From positions 93,312,001 through 93,376,000 of the forward strand of contig NC_045696.1 of the NCBI RefSeq assembly GCF_009834535.1: a stretch of 64,000 bases of DNA. Direction: 5' to 3'. The notes beneath the pieces are model-generated. The model was not told the origin of the DNA. It saw only the letters and a list, made by a program, of their open reading frames with translations, and made no database searches. Made by a program: the position numbers and the translations under genes. Positions 37,986 to 50,738 of this stretch are shown in pieces; the first letter of the stretch is position 1, and every line of letters starts with the position of its first letter. This stretch comes from Camelus ferus (taxonomy: Eukaryota).

Positions 37986-39679
37986 AATTCTATACAATGT
38001 GTAGCACATTTTAGTTAGTTGATAACTTGGGGGTTCCTGATTAAGAGATAAAGGCAATTAAAGAAATGTACCAACTTCACCCACTCTCTCCCAGGTTCTC
38101 TGTCAAAGGTTAACAAACACTTTGAAACTGATTGCCAGGTCTTTTGGCCCATGGTCCTCTCACTCAAGAAACTTAATCAATTTAACCCATTCTTTCCACT
38201 TCCCAATTTTGCTGAGGCCTAGTGGATTTTCAACTACATGTCAACAGACTGAAACTGGGCATGGAACATTTTTGGTCACTGAGACTATATAGATGCAGAA
38301 ATGGAAGTTTAGAGTAGATAAGGAGTTTACCTAAGAAAGGAAGCCCAGGGCAGGTAGGGCACTTACTCACCCATTGCTTAGGAGAGGCAATATGGTGGGG
38401 GTAGATTCTGAAGACTGTGAAAGGGACAGAATGATATACTTTGATAATCCGGTGATGATGATAATCCAGTGTTCTAGGAGTAGGGTGTGGCCTTGCTAGA
38501 AGCTGGTGGTCCACAGTGAGGCAATTACCTACATACCAAACTTTTTGAGCTCAGAGCTTTGGACTAAGAAAGGAGAAGTCTCTGTTTCCCAGTCTCAAGA
38601 CAAAATTGAAGGACTTCAGACTTTAGTCATTGAATTTCAGGATCCATTCCTTTGTCCTACACCTCACATACTAGTTTACGTGACTTCATATTAGGATTAT
38701 TGTGTTCTGGGTAACTGAATCACAAAACCACAGACTCTCAGAGTTGAGAAGAACCTTAGGAATTATCCAAGACTTTTTCTCCTCTGAGACTGTGATTCAG
38801 CACTAATAAAACTCACAAGAGATGAGTTTATTACCTATCACTAAGATTACACTTGTTAGAGGTCAGAACACTTACATCCAAAAAATGTGGATCCTCTGAC
38901 GAGTGTTAAGACAACTTAGAAACTGAATGAGAAGTTTGATGAGCATGGAATCAGTGAGAGCTGGGGGAGAGGAGAAGATCTGCGAGACATTTCACCCAAG
39001 TTTGGAAAGATCTTAGAACTAATTTGTTCTGCTGTTAATTTTGAGACCACTAGCTCTAGATTTTCTGAGCTGGCTCTAGATTGAAGCATTCTATCTACTG
39101 TACCCAGATCTCCTTCTCAGACTGCATGTCACAAATTTTGGTTTGGAAAATATAACTAACATAACTAGAGCGCCCACTTTCCCTGTGGCTGGTGTCTCTT
39201 TTGTCGCCAGAGAGTTTCTCTCTGTCCCCTGGAAAGCGCAGAAGACCCATGATGGACTCTGTCCAGATCTCCTGGCTCTGGTCTCTGTGCCAACAACTCC
39301 ACTCTCCTTGACATTCTCAAGCTTCCGAGTTAAACACTTGGTAGGATTTCTGATTCTCATGTCATTTATGTGTCACATTTTTTGTGGACTCAGGAAGAAG
39401 TTTAGCCCATAGTGTTGCAAGGAATGAAATACAGACTTTGTTTTTTAAATTTTTAAATTACTTTTAAACACTCTGGGTAAATCACTTAACCTCTCGTGAC
39501 TTACATCAGACTATTAAGACTTAAAAAAACCCATAGCCATCCCCCAAATCTCAGAGTCCTTACAGTTTCCCTGCTTTTGTTATCATTTCTAAAATTGTGT
39601 AACTAACTTTAGGTAGATATTAGTATGTTTAAGCTTAATATTTTCTTACGTGTATAATAAAAATATAATTATTCATTGT

Positions 39680-40340
39680 TTATTCATTTGTTAACAGATT
39701 ATCTATTCAGTGCACATTTATTGAATTTCTATTATGTTCTTCTATACCAACAATGTTACATACGGGGAACACAAAAACCAATGAGGCATTGACCCGCCTT
39801 GAAGAAATTCACTGTTGTGGGGGATACAGGCATCTGTTTTTTTCATTCATTCATTCCAGGAATATTTATTAAATTCTCATCATGCTCCAACCACTGTTCT
39901 AAGCTCCTACATTTTAACAACAGTGGAGTGGAGAGAGGGGGAAGGAGAGAGACAATAAGTAAGTAAACAAACAAATGAGATCACATAGGTAAAAAAAAAA
40001 AAAAAGATAAACAACAAGAAACAAACAAACAAAAACCAAACTATGAAACCAAGATAACAGGATTAGGTGGTGGGAGAAGGCCTTTCTTACTGTGTGATAA
40101 TAGCAATGAGAAAGACCAGGAGGAAGAACATTCCAGGTGGAAAGAATCAGTGGTAGAAAGGGCCTAAGTCCAGAAGAAACGCCATGTATTCCCAGAATAA
40201 AAAGAAGCCCAGAGAGTCTGAGGCTAATGATGCATAATGACAATGTGCAGTGATAAGTGGTAAAAGGTAACAGTATAAACTGTTCTGGAAAGATGGGCCT
40301 GTGTACCACTGAGAAGGTAGGGCTATGCGGGGCTCTGTCA
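39680..40340 (-). mobile_element. L2 3' ends, two adjacent pieces
   Basis: 'cattcattcattccaggaatatttattaaattctc...gaggaagaacattccaggtggaaagaatcagtggtagaaagggcctaag'. Confidence 0.8.
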
Positions 40341-40988
40341 TGGGAGTTTTCAAAGAGGAAGTGGCTTTTATGAAGAGTCTTTCAGAGCAGGAGCCTGTGA
40401 TCATTCATCCAGGGCGCTTCCAAGACTCTTGCCTGAGACTGGAGCAAGCGAGTAGGAAGGGAGCTGGGTGGAGAGTGAAGGTCGTGGCTGTGGCAATGCT
40501 GCCTAAAGGCTTCTTATAATTTTATGCATTTCCATAGATGAAAATGTCCAAAAATAACTTGCATGCCTAGAGATGCAACTTTCTAATACTTTCTCACAAT
40601 CAGATATACTTTGGCTTAGTCTTTTTCTGAGTGATCACAAACTCCAACTTAGTAAAGTCCACATTAATGAGATTTTCATATAGTCATACCCTTTTGTCAA
40701 GGAAATTGAGATCTGTGCCAAGAAAGCATTTTCCCTACCAAATCTATTTTTTATATGTCTTTTAAAAAATTATGTATATGTCTTGTGCATTTTTTCTTTT
40801 TAATGGAGTTGTTTAGAGATAAGAAAAAATAGTGAATTTAGTCATCTCAACTGGGCCTTCCTGATAAGGACTGAGAGTTCTTTAGAAATGTTATCTACTC
40901 TGTGGCTGAAAATGCTGATATTAACACTTAAAAATAAAAAAGGGATTCAATACAATATGGGCTTAGAAATCATAAGTATATTTATGGA

Positions 40989-41037
40989 AGTGTGTGTGTG
41001 TGAGAGACAGAGACAGAGACAGACAGAGACAGAGAGA
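40989..41037 (+). repeat. (GT)n followed by (GAGACA)n compound microsatellite
   Basis: Read directly from the sequence. Confidence 0.95.
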
Positions 41038-41291
41038 TTCTGATATTTTAAGACAACAAATGATCTGGCTGTGTCTGTGGGTTTGATAACCACCATCATC
41101 CCAGGGGCTCACTGTTCCTCCTTTTTAGATCCTCAGCACCTCTAGGGCATTATGGGGGGAAAAATGAAATGTAATGAAATTCATTTAGTATCACCCTAAA
41201 CTATCTGATGTATTCAAACTTCTCTTTCATTTTGAGAAAAATGTGATTCGAGATTTTAAAATCCTGCTTGACTCTGTCCTCACCTTTCCAG

Positions 41292-41344
41292 ATGAAGCCA
41301 ACAGCAAAGCTAGCTTTGTCTGCTGCTAGCTCTGACAAACACAG
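41292..41344 (+). other. Candidate 53-nt internal exon
   Basis: Branch-like 'cttgac' (A at 41271), pyrimidine tract 'tctgtcctcacctttccag|' and donor 'CAG|gtgagg'. Open frame MKPTAKLALSAASSDKH. Confidence 0.25.
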
Positions 41345-42299
41345 GTGAGGGCACTATCAAATAGGTTTTATAATTACTCAAAAATGCATTTACCTACCCC
41401 TCCTTGCATCCCTAGGCAGTCCCTTCAAAAACTTTATTTTTAACTAAGAAGATTTCAAGGCTTGGTTATTTTTGAGAATTATAGTAGTGTTTGTGTTCTT
41501 TAAAAAATAAATTACATTTTTATGCATAAACTAAGTTTAGGAAAGCACATTATATTTTCCCTTGTTTTTATCTTTGAATAGAAAGATTAGAATAATAGCA
41601 CTTTAAGTTGGACTCAGATAGCATTTTTAAACCCATTTTTAAGAAACCATATTTCTTGTTCTATCATTTCTGTACATATTTGAATTACTTTAAAATTCTA
41701 AAATTGACCACGTTCCCCAGAGCTTCCCTTCATGGAGAATGGAGCATTTTCCAGTTAACTTTGCTCAGTGGCTGAAATTGTCCAAAGCAATTTGTCCAAG
41801 ACTGCACCTGAATTAATGTGGTATGTGGATTATACATTATATTACTTTTAAAAATTCAAGACACAATGCAATCTTTTCAGTTATTCAGGGCCAGCATTAA
41901 TGTATAAGTGGAGTAAATGATGGGACATACGATTTGAGGAGAGATGCTGAGAAACACTCCTTTTCATTCTGCTGCCCTTTCCTCTCTCCTGAGGTCTTTA
42001 TTATAAAGACTTTGTGTCTGGAAGTATGAGAATAGAATGCAAATACTAATATAAGGAGTTGAATACAAAGCAACAATTAATCTATCACTCCTCTGTGGAA
42101 ATGGCGTTCATTATGTAGCAAGAACTTGGGGGTGGGGGATAATATTGGCAAGTATTTTATTTTTGAGAATCGTGGAGTAGGGGCAAGCCCTGATTTTCTT
42201 GCCCCGATTTTCAAGAATCTAGAATGCATGGGGAGCTTTCAGGGGAAAGGGGGATTGTTTAAATAACTGGTTAAGGGATGAGGGCTCCTGACCTGCCTG

Positions 42300-42655
42300 T
42301 TTGACTTGATTCTTCCTGAGACTCCTTTCCACCTCTGCATGTTCATTCTGTTTCTCAGATCACCATTTCTGACCCCCTTTTCCAGCTTCTTAATGAACTT
42401 CTTCAACTCTCAGTTTAAGTGTTGCTTGTTTCCAGAAATCTTCTCCAACTTTGAGTCCCCTCCTCCCTTCCTGATCAACTAAGTGCATCTTTCTCCACTT
42501 TCTGAGCATCATGTGTGTCTCTACTGCACTTAGCATCCCTTACAATGATTTTTTTAGTTCTCCCTTTTGCCAGATTTCAAGCTCTTTAGTGGCTGGGACA
42601 AAGGGCTCTTATTCTTTGAAGGGCCTCACATGGTCTTTCAATAAATACAGAATAA
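42300..42655 (+). mobile_element. L2 3' end
   Basis: 'caactctcagtttaagtgttgcttgtttccagaaatcttctcc...cacatggtctttcaataaata'. Confidence 0.65.
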
Positions 42656-42899
42656 AGGTATTTCAGTGCTGCTCTTGTGTGTTTTCTGACTTATCCCCTG
42701 TATTTGAAGATAAACATTGCTACATCATCTTCCATTTCAACATCTCTAATTTTTTGTAGGTATTTTAGCCGTTACTTTTTGTTTTACTCTGCACTTTTCA
42801 CAATCTTTATAAAATGGAGACTGCATGTGTGGGGTCTAATGTTATATTTATCACTGTCCTCTGGCCCTCCAATGAACACCGCCTCATTCACTTCCTCAT

Positions 42900-43720
42900 C
42901 TCATTCAGAACAGGTGACATCTTGCTTGACAAAGGAATAGCCTGAAAACCTCCAACTCCTAACCACTTCTGCATACTAGGTTCTACTCCCCTCTTCCTTT
43001 ACAAGACTGCTTCTTTGATGTGCCTTTCTACATCCCATTTATTCTGTATCTTCTGAGAGATTTTTCCATCTTGTTTCTCTTCTTTTCTGTATCTTTAACC
43101 ACTCCAGTGAATCCTCCCCCTCAGCATGTAAATGTACCTAAATCTCTTTAAATAAAAAACTCTCTCTTAATCACAAGTATTCCTATATTTCTGTTCTTCC
43201 TCCGTATCTATTCAATAAAGAAATAATCATTACTTGCTATTTTAATCTCACTTTTCATTTACTCCTAACCTACTGGGTCACCATTGCCAAAACCAAAGTT
43301 CATTTCAGTCTTTAACCTTACTTTCACCATCCTCTACATTTACTATGTTGACCACAGACAAGTTTTTTGGATTTTCTGATTTTTTTTAATAGTCCCCTGC
43401 CATTTCCAGATTTCTTACATCTCCAGCCAGTATACTGAATCTACTCTATTTAATCCTCTCTTTTTCCACTTGCTCCTTAAATGTTACGTTGATATTTTCC
43501 AAGGTTCTGCTCTTGGCTTGTTTCTCTTTCCACTTTACACACTCTCCAAGGGTAATGTCTTAATGCACACAACATCCACCACCAACTATGCTGAGGAATT
43601 TTCAAATATCTATGTCCAATTGAGATGAAACTCTGCATTCTGCAGTGCCCAGTCTAAAATTTGGGAGTCATCTTGGGTTCTTCCTTTCTCTCAGTCCCGC
43701 ACCTAATAGTTTGTAGTGAT
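42900..43720 (+). mobile_element. Old L2 body fragment
   Basis: 'catttactatgttgaccac...ccaaggttctgctcttggc...ttgggagtcatcttgggttcttcctttctctc'. Confidence 0.7.
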
Positions 43721-44352
43721 TAAGTTTTCTCCAAAAAGGTGGATCAGGTTGAAGAGCAGTGCTCTGGACTCCCTCGAGGGAGAAACATTGTTACAGACTG
43801 ACCACATTCAAGAGCATTCTGTTTGACCTTGCCCTCCTGAAGAAAGTGTGCTTGGGTGAGGTCTTCTGAGGATGTATTCTTCCCCTCAAGAGCCTGGTGA
43901 AGGCTCACAGGGCTTCCTACCATGCCAGCCATATATCTCCTCTCCCGTCCTCTCTCTTCCACCACCATGCCTCCCTCCATCTTCCCTTTCGTCCTTTGCC
44001 CCCTTCCCTCTTCATAGGCATGTCCTTTTTCCATATTGGAGAAAGCATTACATTTTTCAACAAACTAGACAGAAAAGGTCTTTCCTTCTAAGCTTTTAGT
44101 GTAGATTTTTAAGACTGAACTTGCTTACTTTTCAGTCCAAATCTTCATATATAAACACAGGGGGTCATTTTTACCTTGCTTGGTTCTCTGTGAGTATATT
44201 TTTCTCTGGGAGCCGTGGGGAGAGGTAGGTATCCATAACCAAGATTTAATTATTCATGATCTTTGGTCAACATAATTTTAATATCTCTTCCTTTTCACTA
44301 GCAGTCACTAACTGTTTTGATTCTACCTCCTAACTATTCCAAGAGCCTGTCT

Positions 44353-45085
44353 CTATGGTGGAATGCAAAAATGATCACATTCTCTACAGCCTTCATATCA
44401 AAAGACACAGTCTATTTCTTTACTCCTTGAATCTGGGCTGACTTTGTGACTTGCTTTGACTCATAAATTGAGGCTGAGGCAACAGTGTGTGTGCTCTGAG
44501 ACTGAGCCTCAAGAGGCTCATTTCTTCTTTATCTCCTGGAGCCCTGCCTCTGTCACATGATCAATTCCTGGTCAACTTGCTGGAGGATAAGAAATGACAG
44601 GTATCAGAGAGGAGCTGTTACAGTGGAGCCACCTTAGATCAGTCAGCTATCAGCCGACCAAGCAGTTGCCCACAAGTGCACAAACCAGTCAGCCGAGATC
44701 AGTTGAGACTGGTCCAGATCATCAGAATTCCAGCTAAGCTCAGACCCAAACTGGACCTGCAGAATCATAAGCTAGTTAGGATTTCTCAACCTCACCCACT
44801 GACATTTTTGCTTGGATGACTCTTGGGGGCCTGTCCTGTGCACTGTTGGATACTTAGCAGCATCCCTGGCCTCTACTCACTGATGCCAGTGGTACTGCTC
44901 CTCACTGTGATAACTAAAAACATTACCAGACACTGACAAACGTCTCATGATGGTGATGATGGGGGACAAAACCACCACCCCCCCCCCCCCGCCTTAAGCT
45001 GAGAGTCAATAAGCAAAATAAATGGCTGTTGCCTCACACATCTAAGTTTGGTGTGGTTTGTTCTATAGAAAAAACTAGCTAATAC
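44353..45085 (+). mobile_element. MaLR LTR (MLT1F/G/H-like) interrupted by MER20
   Basis: 'ctccttgaatctgggctgactttgtgacttgctttgac...cctcaagaggc...cagaatcataagc' continues as 'aaataaatggctgttg...ctaagtttggtgtggtttgtt...gctaataca'. Confidence 0.88.
44777..45011. mobile_element. MER20 hAT MITE nested in MLT1
   Basis: 'tttctcaacctc...ctgtcctgtgcactgttggatacttagcagcatccctggcctctactcactgatgccagt'. Confidence 0.9.
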
Positions 45086-45087
45086 AG

Positions 45088-45470
45088 TTCCCTTCATTCT
45101 AGCTCAACTGTCATTATCTGAGGTCAAGTCCCTGTTACTTTGTTGTGCCTAAATCATTGCCAGTTGCCTAACCAGGCTTCCTACTTCCTGTGGTTTGTTC
45201 CTTTAATCCACCCCATACAGTTCCACCAGTGGTTACACAAATACACATACAAACACAAATCTGATCATACCATGTCATACTTAAATAAACTTTACTGGTG
45301 TCTCACTGTTTACATGGTAAAATTCCAAACTCCTGACATACGAAGTCCTACATCATCTAGTCTCTGCTACAAATCTGATTTCCCACCTCTCCCGCATACA
45401 CAACTTAATTTTCAGTGCATCACACTATTTGCTGTTCTGGAATGTGTTATCTTTTTATGTTTTTGTACCT
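45088..45470 (+). mobile_element. L2 fragment resuming after MLT1
   Basis: 'aaacacaaatctgatcataccatgtcatacttaaa...gtaaaattccaaactcctgac'. Confidence 0.75.
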
Positions 45471-45769
45471 GAGAGTTAAATTTAAGTAATTCAGATCCTA
45501 CTTTCTACCACCAATATTCTGAAGGATTTTATACTGTATAAGTAATTGCTTCCTGCTAGCCTTGTATTTATTTTTTAAACAAATCTTATACATATGTATG
45601 TATAACTGCATGCACACATGTATGTACATAGAGTGAAAGTCTGATGAGATTAAAACTCAAATTTCACTGTTTCAAAAGGAGTTTTGAGGAAATCTGTAGG
45701 CAACCCCCAAAGGTATTTTATTAACTTTAAAGCTTTTAAGAATATATCCTAGTAGAGTAGATAATTGTT

Positions 45770-46168
45770 TTACTAGGCATTCATTTAATAGGCAAACGAC
45801 CCAAACTCTTTTTAGAAAGTTACCTTTCCTCCACTGTATACAAGACTGATTAAGTGATCAATCCTAGTTAAGGGGTGGAATTGTGAATTAAACTTGGCCA
45901 ATCAGCATCTCCTCTGGGATGCCGACTATTGAGCAGAATGATGCAAAACCCTAAAAACTGCTTGGAGCTCCTCCTCCTGAGGTGGTAGACTAACCCCCTC
46001 ACCCTGGTCTAGCGCCTGAAGCCCAAACTGTCGTTGCTGTTTGGCCTCTAGTACAGGCTTCTTTTTGGTTCTATAAGCTACCTGTGATCCTTTTCATATA
46101 CTCCTTTTCTGCTTTTGTTATTTGGAGTTGTATTATGTTCCTAACAACCAAACAACCCTACGTGGTAT
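45770..46168 (+). mobile_element. ERVL LTR (LTR16/LTR33-like)
   Basis: 'ggggtggaattgtgaattaaacttggccaatcagcatctcc...tccttttctgctt...ctaacaaccaaacaaccct'. Confidence 0.55.
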
Positions 46169-46689
46169 CTCATGCTACCTAATTTATTATTATGATAGAA
46201 AAACAAGTCAAAACGTTAAGTGAAACAACAATGAATAACTATAGCCAAAATGTCTTTTACAACTAGACGCGTCAATAAAGCTTTCAGTGCTTTTCAAAGA
46301 AAAGTTAGTTTTTACCTCTTTGAAGTACATTTCAAACACAAGTTTATCATAAAGCTTTGTGCCAAGCTAAATGAGTCCTTTCCTGGTCCAAGGAAAAGCT
46401 AGACTGCCATGAAACCAGTAACTTGATAGTGTAGACATCAATGGGTCTAGATGTCCTTGACTGTGATATACCAGATGTTTGGTATGTATTACATTCTTGA
46501 GCTAAATCTTATTATTTGGTGTTTTGTATAAAGTATTTTCTATTAAGTCTTTTGGAATAACAACAATGATGTCATTTTCTTAAGGATTTGGAAAGATAGC
46601 ATTGACACTAGTTCAGAAGAATAAAGACCTAGTATTAGTTTTTTCTTTCATCAATGGTTATAATAGAGTTGACATTTCTGGCTTTTTGA

Positions 46690-46726
46690 ACTAGTGAAAT
46701 ATTCCATTTCATATATACATATACAT

Positions 46727-46764
<38 letters not shown>

Positions 46765-46985
46765 ATGGCATATCTTCTTCATCCAGTCATCTGTTGATGA
46801 ACACTCTCGTTGCTTCCATGTCTTGGCTATTGTAAACAGTGCTGCTATGAACATTGGGGTGCATGAATCTTTTCAAATTAGAGTTTTCATCTTTTCTGGA
46901 TATATGCCCAAGAATGGAATTAATGGATCATATGGTAACTCTGTTTTTAGTTTTTAAGGAATCTCCAGTGTTTTCCATAGTGGCT
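46690..46985 (-). mobile_element. Internal L1 ORF2 C-terminal fragment containing (CA)n
   Basis: ORF 46651..46854 begins 'MFIAALFTIAKTWKQ', a canonical ORF2p C-terminal motif. Confidence 0.93.
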
Positions 46986-47204
46986 GAGGTGCTCCAAGTA
47001 TTATAAACTTTTTTAGTGTGTGCCAGAAGTGGAGAATCAGGCAGTTCAGAGGTTATCTATGTTTATCTATGTTTTATGTAACTTCTATTTTATGCTCTCA
47101 CATGCGAACAGAAGCATTGTTAGGCGTTGTCTTCCTCTGGCTTGCGATGGAACTCTTCAGACTTGCTCCAGTTTTTGAAAGACATGAGGATGTCCTCTTA
47201 AGGT

Positions 47205-47580
47205 AGTTATTAGTGCTGTTCACTAATATTTCCTGTTATGCCCTGTTTGGAGCACGTGGGGCTTTACTTCCCATCCCCACTGTGGTTGAGTGGGGGCTAT
47301 GTGACTGCTTTTGGCTGATAACATGGGAGCAGAAGTAATGTATGTTACTTGGAGGAAAATCATTTTAATAGCCAACATGAGAACTTTCAGAATTCTCTTT
47401 TCTCTCCGGCATGTTTGAGATGGTAGGGGCTCCATCAGCGAGTGTGGGATGGTGGCTGCTTCCTGAGTGAATACTGAGCACAGTAGGTGGCTATGCAAAC
47501 TGAACAAGAATCAAAACTTTGTTTTAAACCAATAAGATTTTGTTGCTATTGCAGCACTGCGTGGCTTTTCCTGCCTGACA
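47205..47580 (+). mobile_element. MaLR LTR (MLT1J/I-like)
   Basis: 'tacttcccatccccactgtggttgagtgggggctatgtgactgcttttggctgataacatgggagcagaagtaatgtatgttactt...tttgttttaaaccaataagattt'. Confidence 0.85.
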
Positions 47581-47748
47581 TCTCTCTCTATTTCTGGAGA
47601 GTAGTCCTCCTGGAATCTCTGCCTTTCCTCCTAATGATAAACTGTGTTGTACAAGCGAGTGGAAAAGCTTGAAGTCCCCACTGACACTCTTGTCAATACC
47701 TAGAGTTTCCATCTCAGCCTTCCATAAATATTTTGAAAGCACATAAAC

Positions 47749-47821
47749 CCTTCTTTCCTCCCTCCCTCCCTCCCTCCCTTCCTTCCTTCCTTCCTTCCTT
47801 CCTTCCTTCCTTCCTTCCTTT
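47749..47821 (+). repeat. (CCCT)n(CCTT)n microsatellite
   Basis: Read directly from the sequence. Confidence 0.97.
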
Positions 47822-49227
47822 CTACCTACCTCCACAGGCCCATAAATCTCCTGAAAACTTGAAAATGTCTTAGACAAATTCCCATCAACCAAAATGCCAA
47901 CCCAAAAAGATAGAAAGGGGGAAAAAAAATCTGCCCCAGCCCTCCACCAAATTTGTTTTTAGCTTTTAAAATTCTTTTCACTTAACAAATTTCTAACATG
48001 CCAACCTGTTTTATGTCTTCTCACAAAAGGAGAGAATAGGATTTGCCGCCTTTCCTGACCCCCAGACTTAATAAATGCTCTTCCTCTCTCCTTCAGTCTT
48101 CACGTTTCTCTCATCACTGTTAGTTTGATCTTGATGCCTGTCATGTCCTCTTCATGGAGATGGTGGAAGTAGAATGGAGATGGGGACCCAACACATGCTT
48201 TCCCTAACATTTTCTACTTCCTGAATAAATCATGCTCTGATTTTAATAACATCGCTGTTAGAATTGGCACTCACACTAACACTGTTCTGATCGCATTTAT
48301 AAGAGTGCAATAATGTAGAGGATTTGTGATTCCAGAAGGGTTATACATCTGCAAGTTGACAGGAAGGCTAAAGAAAGCCTCTTTCTTCCACTTTTTCCAC
48401 TTGGCTTGAGGTAAGTGGCCCAGTAGAGACCAATGAAAGTACAGGAGCAGAAGGGAAAGAGTGGGACTATGGGTCACAGGTATCAAATGAAGGACAAAAC
48501 AGTACAAAGTCTGCAATTTAATGGTTTCTTCACTGACCACAGTAGCACAACTGAGATGTTTTTATTTTGAAAATTCAGGTTGAAGGCTCCTTGAAAAAAA
48601 AAATCGTTGATTCTAGGGAAAAGTAAAAAATAAATTTTTAATGGAAAAGAATGATGTAGACATAAAATTGAATAGCTCACATATCTGATTGACTGGCTGA
48701 ACTGCTGGGAGTGTTCTGTTGAAAAATGTCCTAACACTCTGATTTGACCCAGTGGTGACTGAATAGCCAGGATGGCCAAGGGCTTGGCTGCTCCAAATTT
48801 GTCCTCCTTATTCTAGAAAGTGTCTGAGGAACAATCTCTTACATTCCTGTATATCAAGGAAGAAAAGGGACTGTACTCTAGTCTCAAAACACAGTTGTCC
48901 ATTTTTGCTTTAATGTCTCCAGAGAAAGAGTTAAACTGGGCATTATCATCTCTCACAGGTTTTTTTGGTCCAGAACTTCTGAACGCCAAACTAGAAAGCA
49001 ACATTGTGTGGCAGACTTTTTAAGATTTTTCAGGAGAGTTTTTGTTTGCTTGCTTGTTTTTACTGAAACCTCACACAGATTTCCAGTATAAAATACGGAA
49101 CAAGAATTTTTTTTAAAAGAGGAAACGGTGGTCTAAGACCCAAATGCCTGAGACCTCTCTTGTCCTTTGGCACGCAGGAGGGTCCATGGGGCTTTCTTAA
49201 ATGCAGTTGGAAACTCCAGAATTCACA

Positions 49228-49420
49228 TTTGAGCCAGACAGACTTCGATTTGAATCCCTTGCTTGCTTCCTAGCTGTGTAAAACCTTGGACAAGTTATTA
49301 GCTCATCTAAGCCCTGTTTATTTATCTGTTAAGTAGAGACAATAGTCCTTAGCTTGCAAGGTTGTTGTGATATTGACTTGAGGCAGCAGAAAACAGTAGA
49401 TGCTCAGCAAAGATTATTTC
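49228..49420 (+). mobile_element. MIR SINE
   Basis: 'gagccagacagacttcgatttgaatcc...ctagctgtgtaaaaccttggacaagttattagctcatctaagcc'. Confidence 0.85.
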
Positions 49421-50317
49421 TGTTTTTCTCCCCTGCTTGAAGCTAAATCCAGCATAATACATCAAATTCTTCATGGCAATGGCTAAAGTAATTTGTTGCC
49501 ATTATCCTTCAAATACTTGAAGATTACGTTAGATTTTTCTTCAGTTTTTCTTTGTCGCCAATTTTCAGGCCTGATTTTGTGTGGTTTTTTTTTTTTTTTT
49601 TGCCTTGTTATTCATTCATCTGGTGAAACAATGGATAAAATATTTTCTTTATTTTATATTTGTCAAATTCTTATTAATGGTAATGTCTTACTTGTACTAA
49701 TTCAAATAACCAATACCACAACTTGAGAACTATGCTATTGGATATAATTTAGCTTGTTTTTTCATTTAATAAATGGTGTTCAATATATCTTCTATAATTG
49801 CTTAGTGTATATTTTGGTAATTTTTCTCTTAAATAATTAGCTTAGAACTTCTCTGTTCATATACACATACACTCACACACAAACTACTTCTTTGAATTTC
49901 AAGGTTATACATTGTTAAACCATATGTACATATGTTTTTGATGCGAAGAAAGCATTAGTGAAAATATGAAATTATAGCTTAAAATACTTTTCTCTGCACA
50001 AAATCAGCCCAATGAATAACAGGATGCTTTTCGTGAAGCTTTGTTTTTCTCTCTATTCCTTAGACTTAACTGTTGCAAGATGTTTTTTCTTTTTTTATCT
50101 TTCTCTTATCTTAGCTCATAATTGGAACTTTTGCCGTATCACCAACTATTGCAGGTTATTTAATATTGAAATCATTATGTCTTTGCAACGTTTGTTTGCA
50201 ACATACCTACGCCCCTGCTTTCTAGTAGCCTTACCTCCCTTAATGTTATTGCTTAAATGTTAGGAAATTTGGGAAATTGATTCAATGAAGAAAGTTAACA
50301 TTTCTTAGACTGACCTT

Positions 50318-50738
50318 AAAAAAAAATCACTTTGCAACAACATGGATGGACTTGGAGGGTATTATGGTAAGTGAAATAAGTCAGACAGAGAAGAACAATA
50401 CTGTATGAGATCACTTACATGCAGAATCTAAAAAAATACAACGTACTAGTGAATACAGCAAAAGAGAAACAGACTCATGGATATAGAGAACAAACTAGTG
50501 GTTACCAGTGGGGAGAGGGAAAGGGGAGGGGGAATATAGGGGTAGGGGATGAAGAAGTACAAACAATTATGTATAAAATAAGCTGCAAGGATATATTGTA
50601 CAATACAGGGAATATAGCCAATATTTTATAATAACTATAAATGGAGTATAACCTTTAAAGATTATGAATCACTATATTGTACACCTGTAACATATAATAT
50701 TGTACATTAACTACACTTCAATTAAAAAAAGAAAAAAA
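50318..50738 (+). mobile_element. L1 3' end with A tail
   Basis: 'gcaacaacatggatggacttggagggtattatggtaagtgaaataagtcagacagagaa...gtacaatacagggaatatagccaatattttataataac...cttcaattaaaaaaagaaaaaaa'. Confidence 0.95.
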
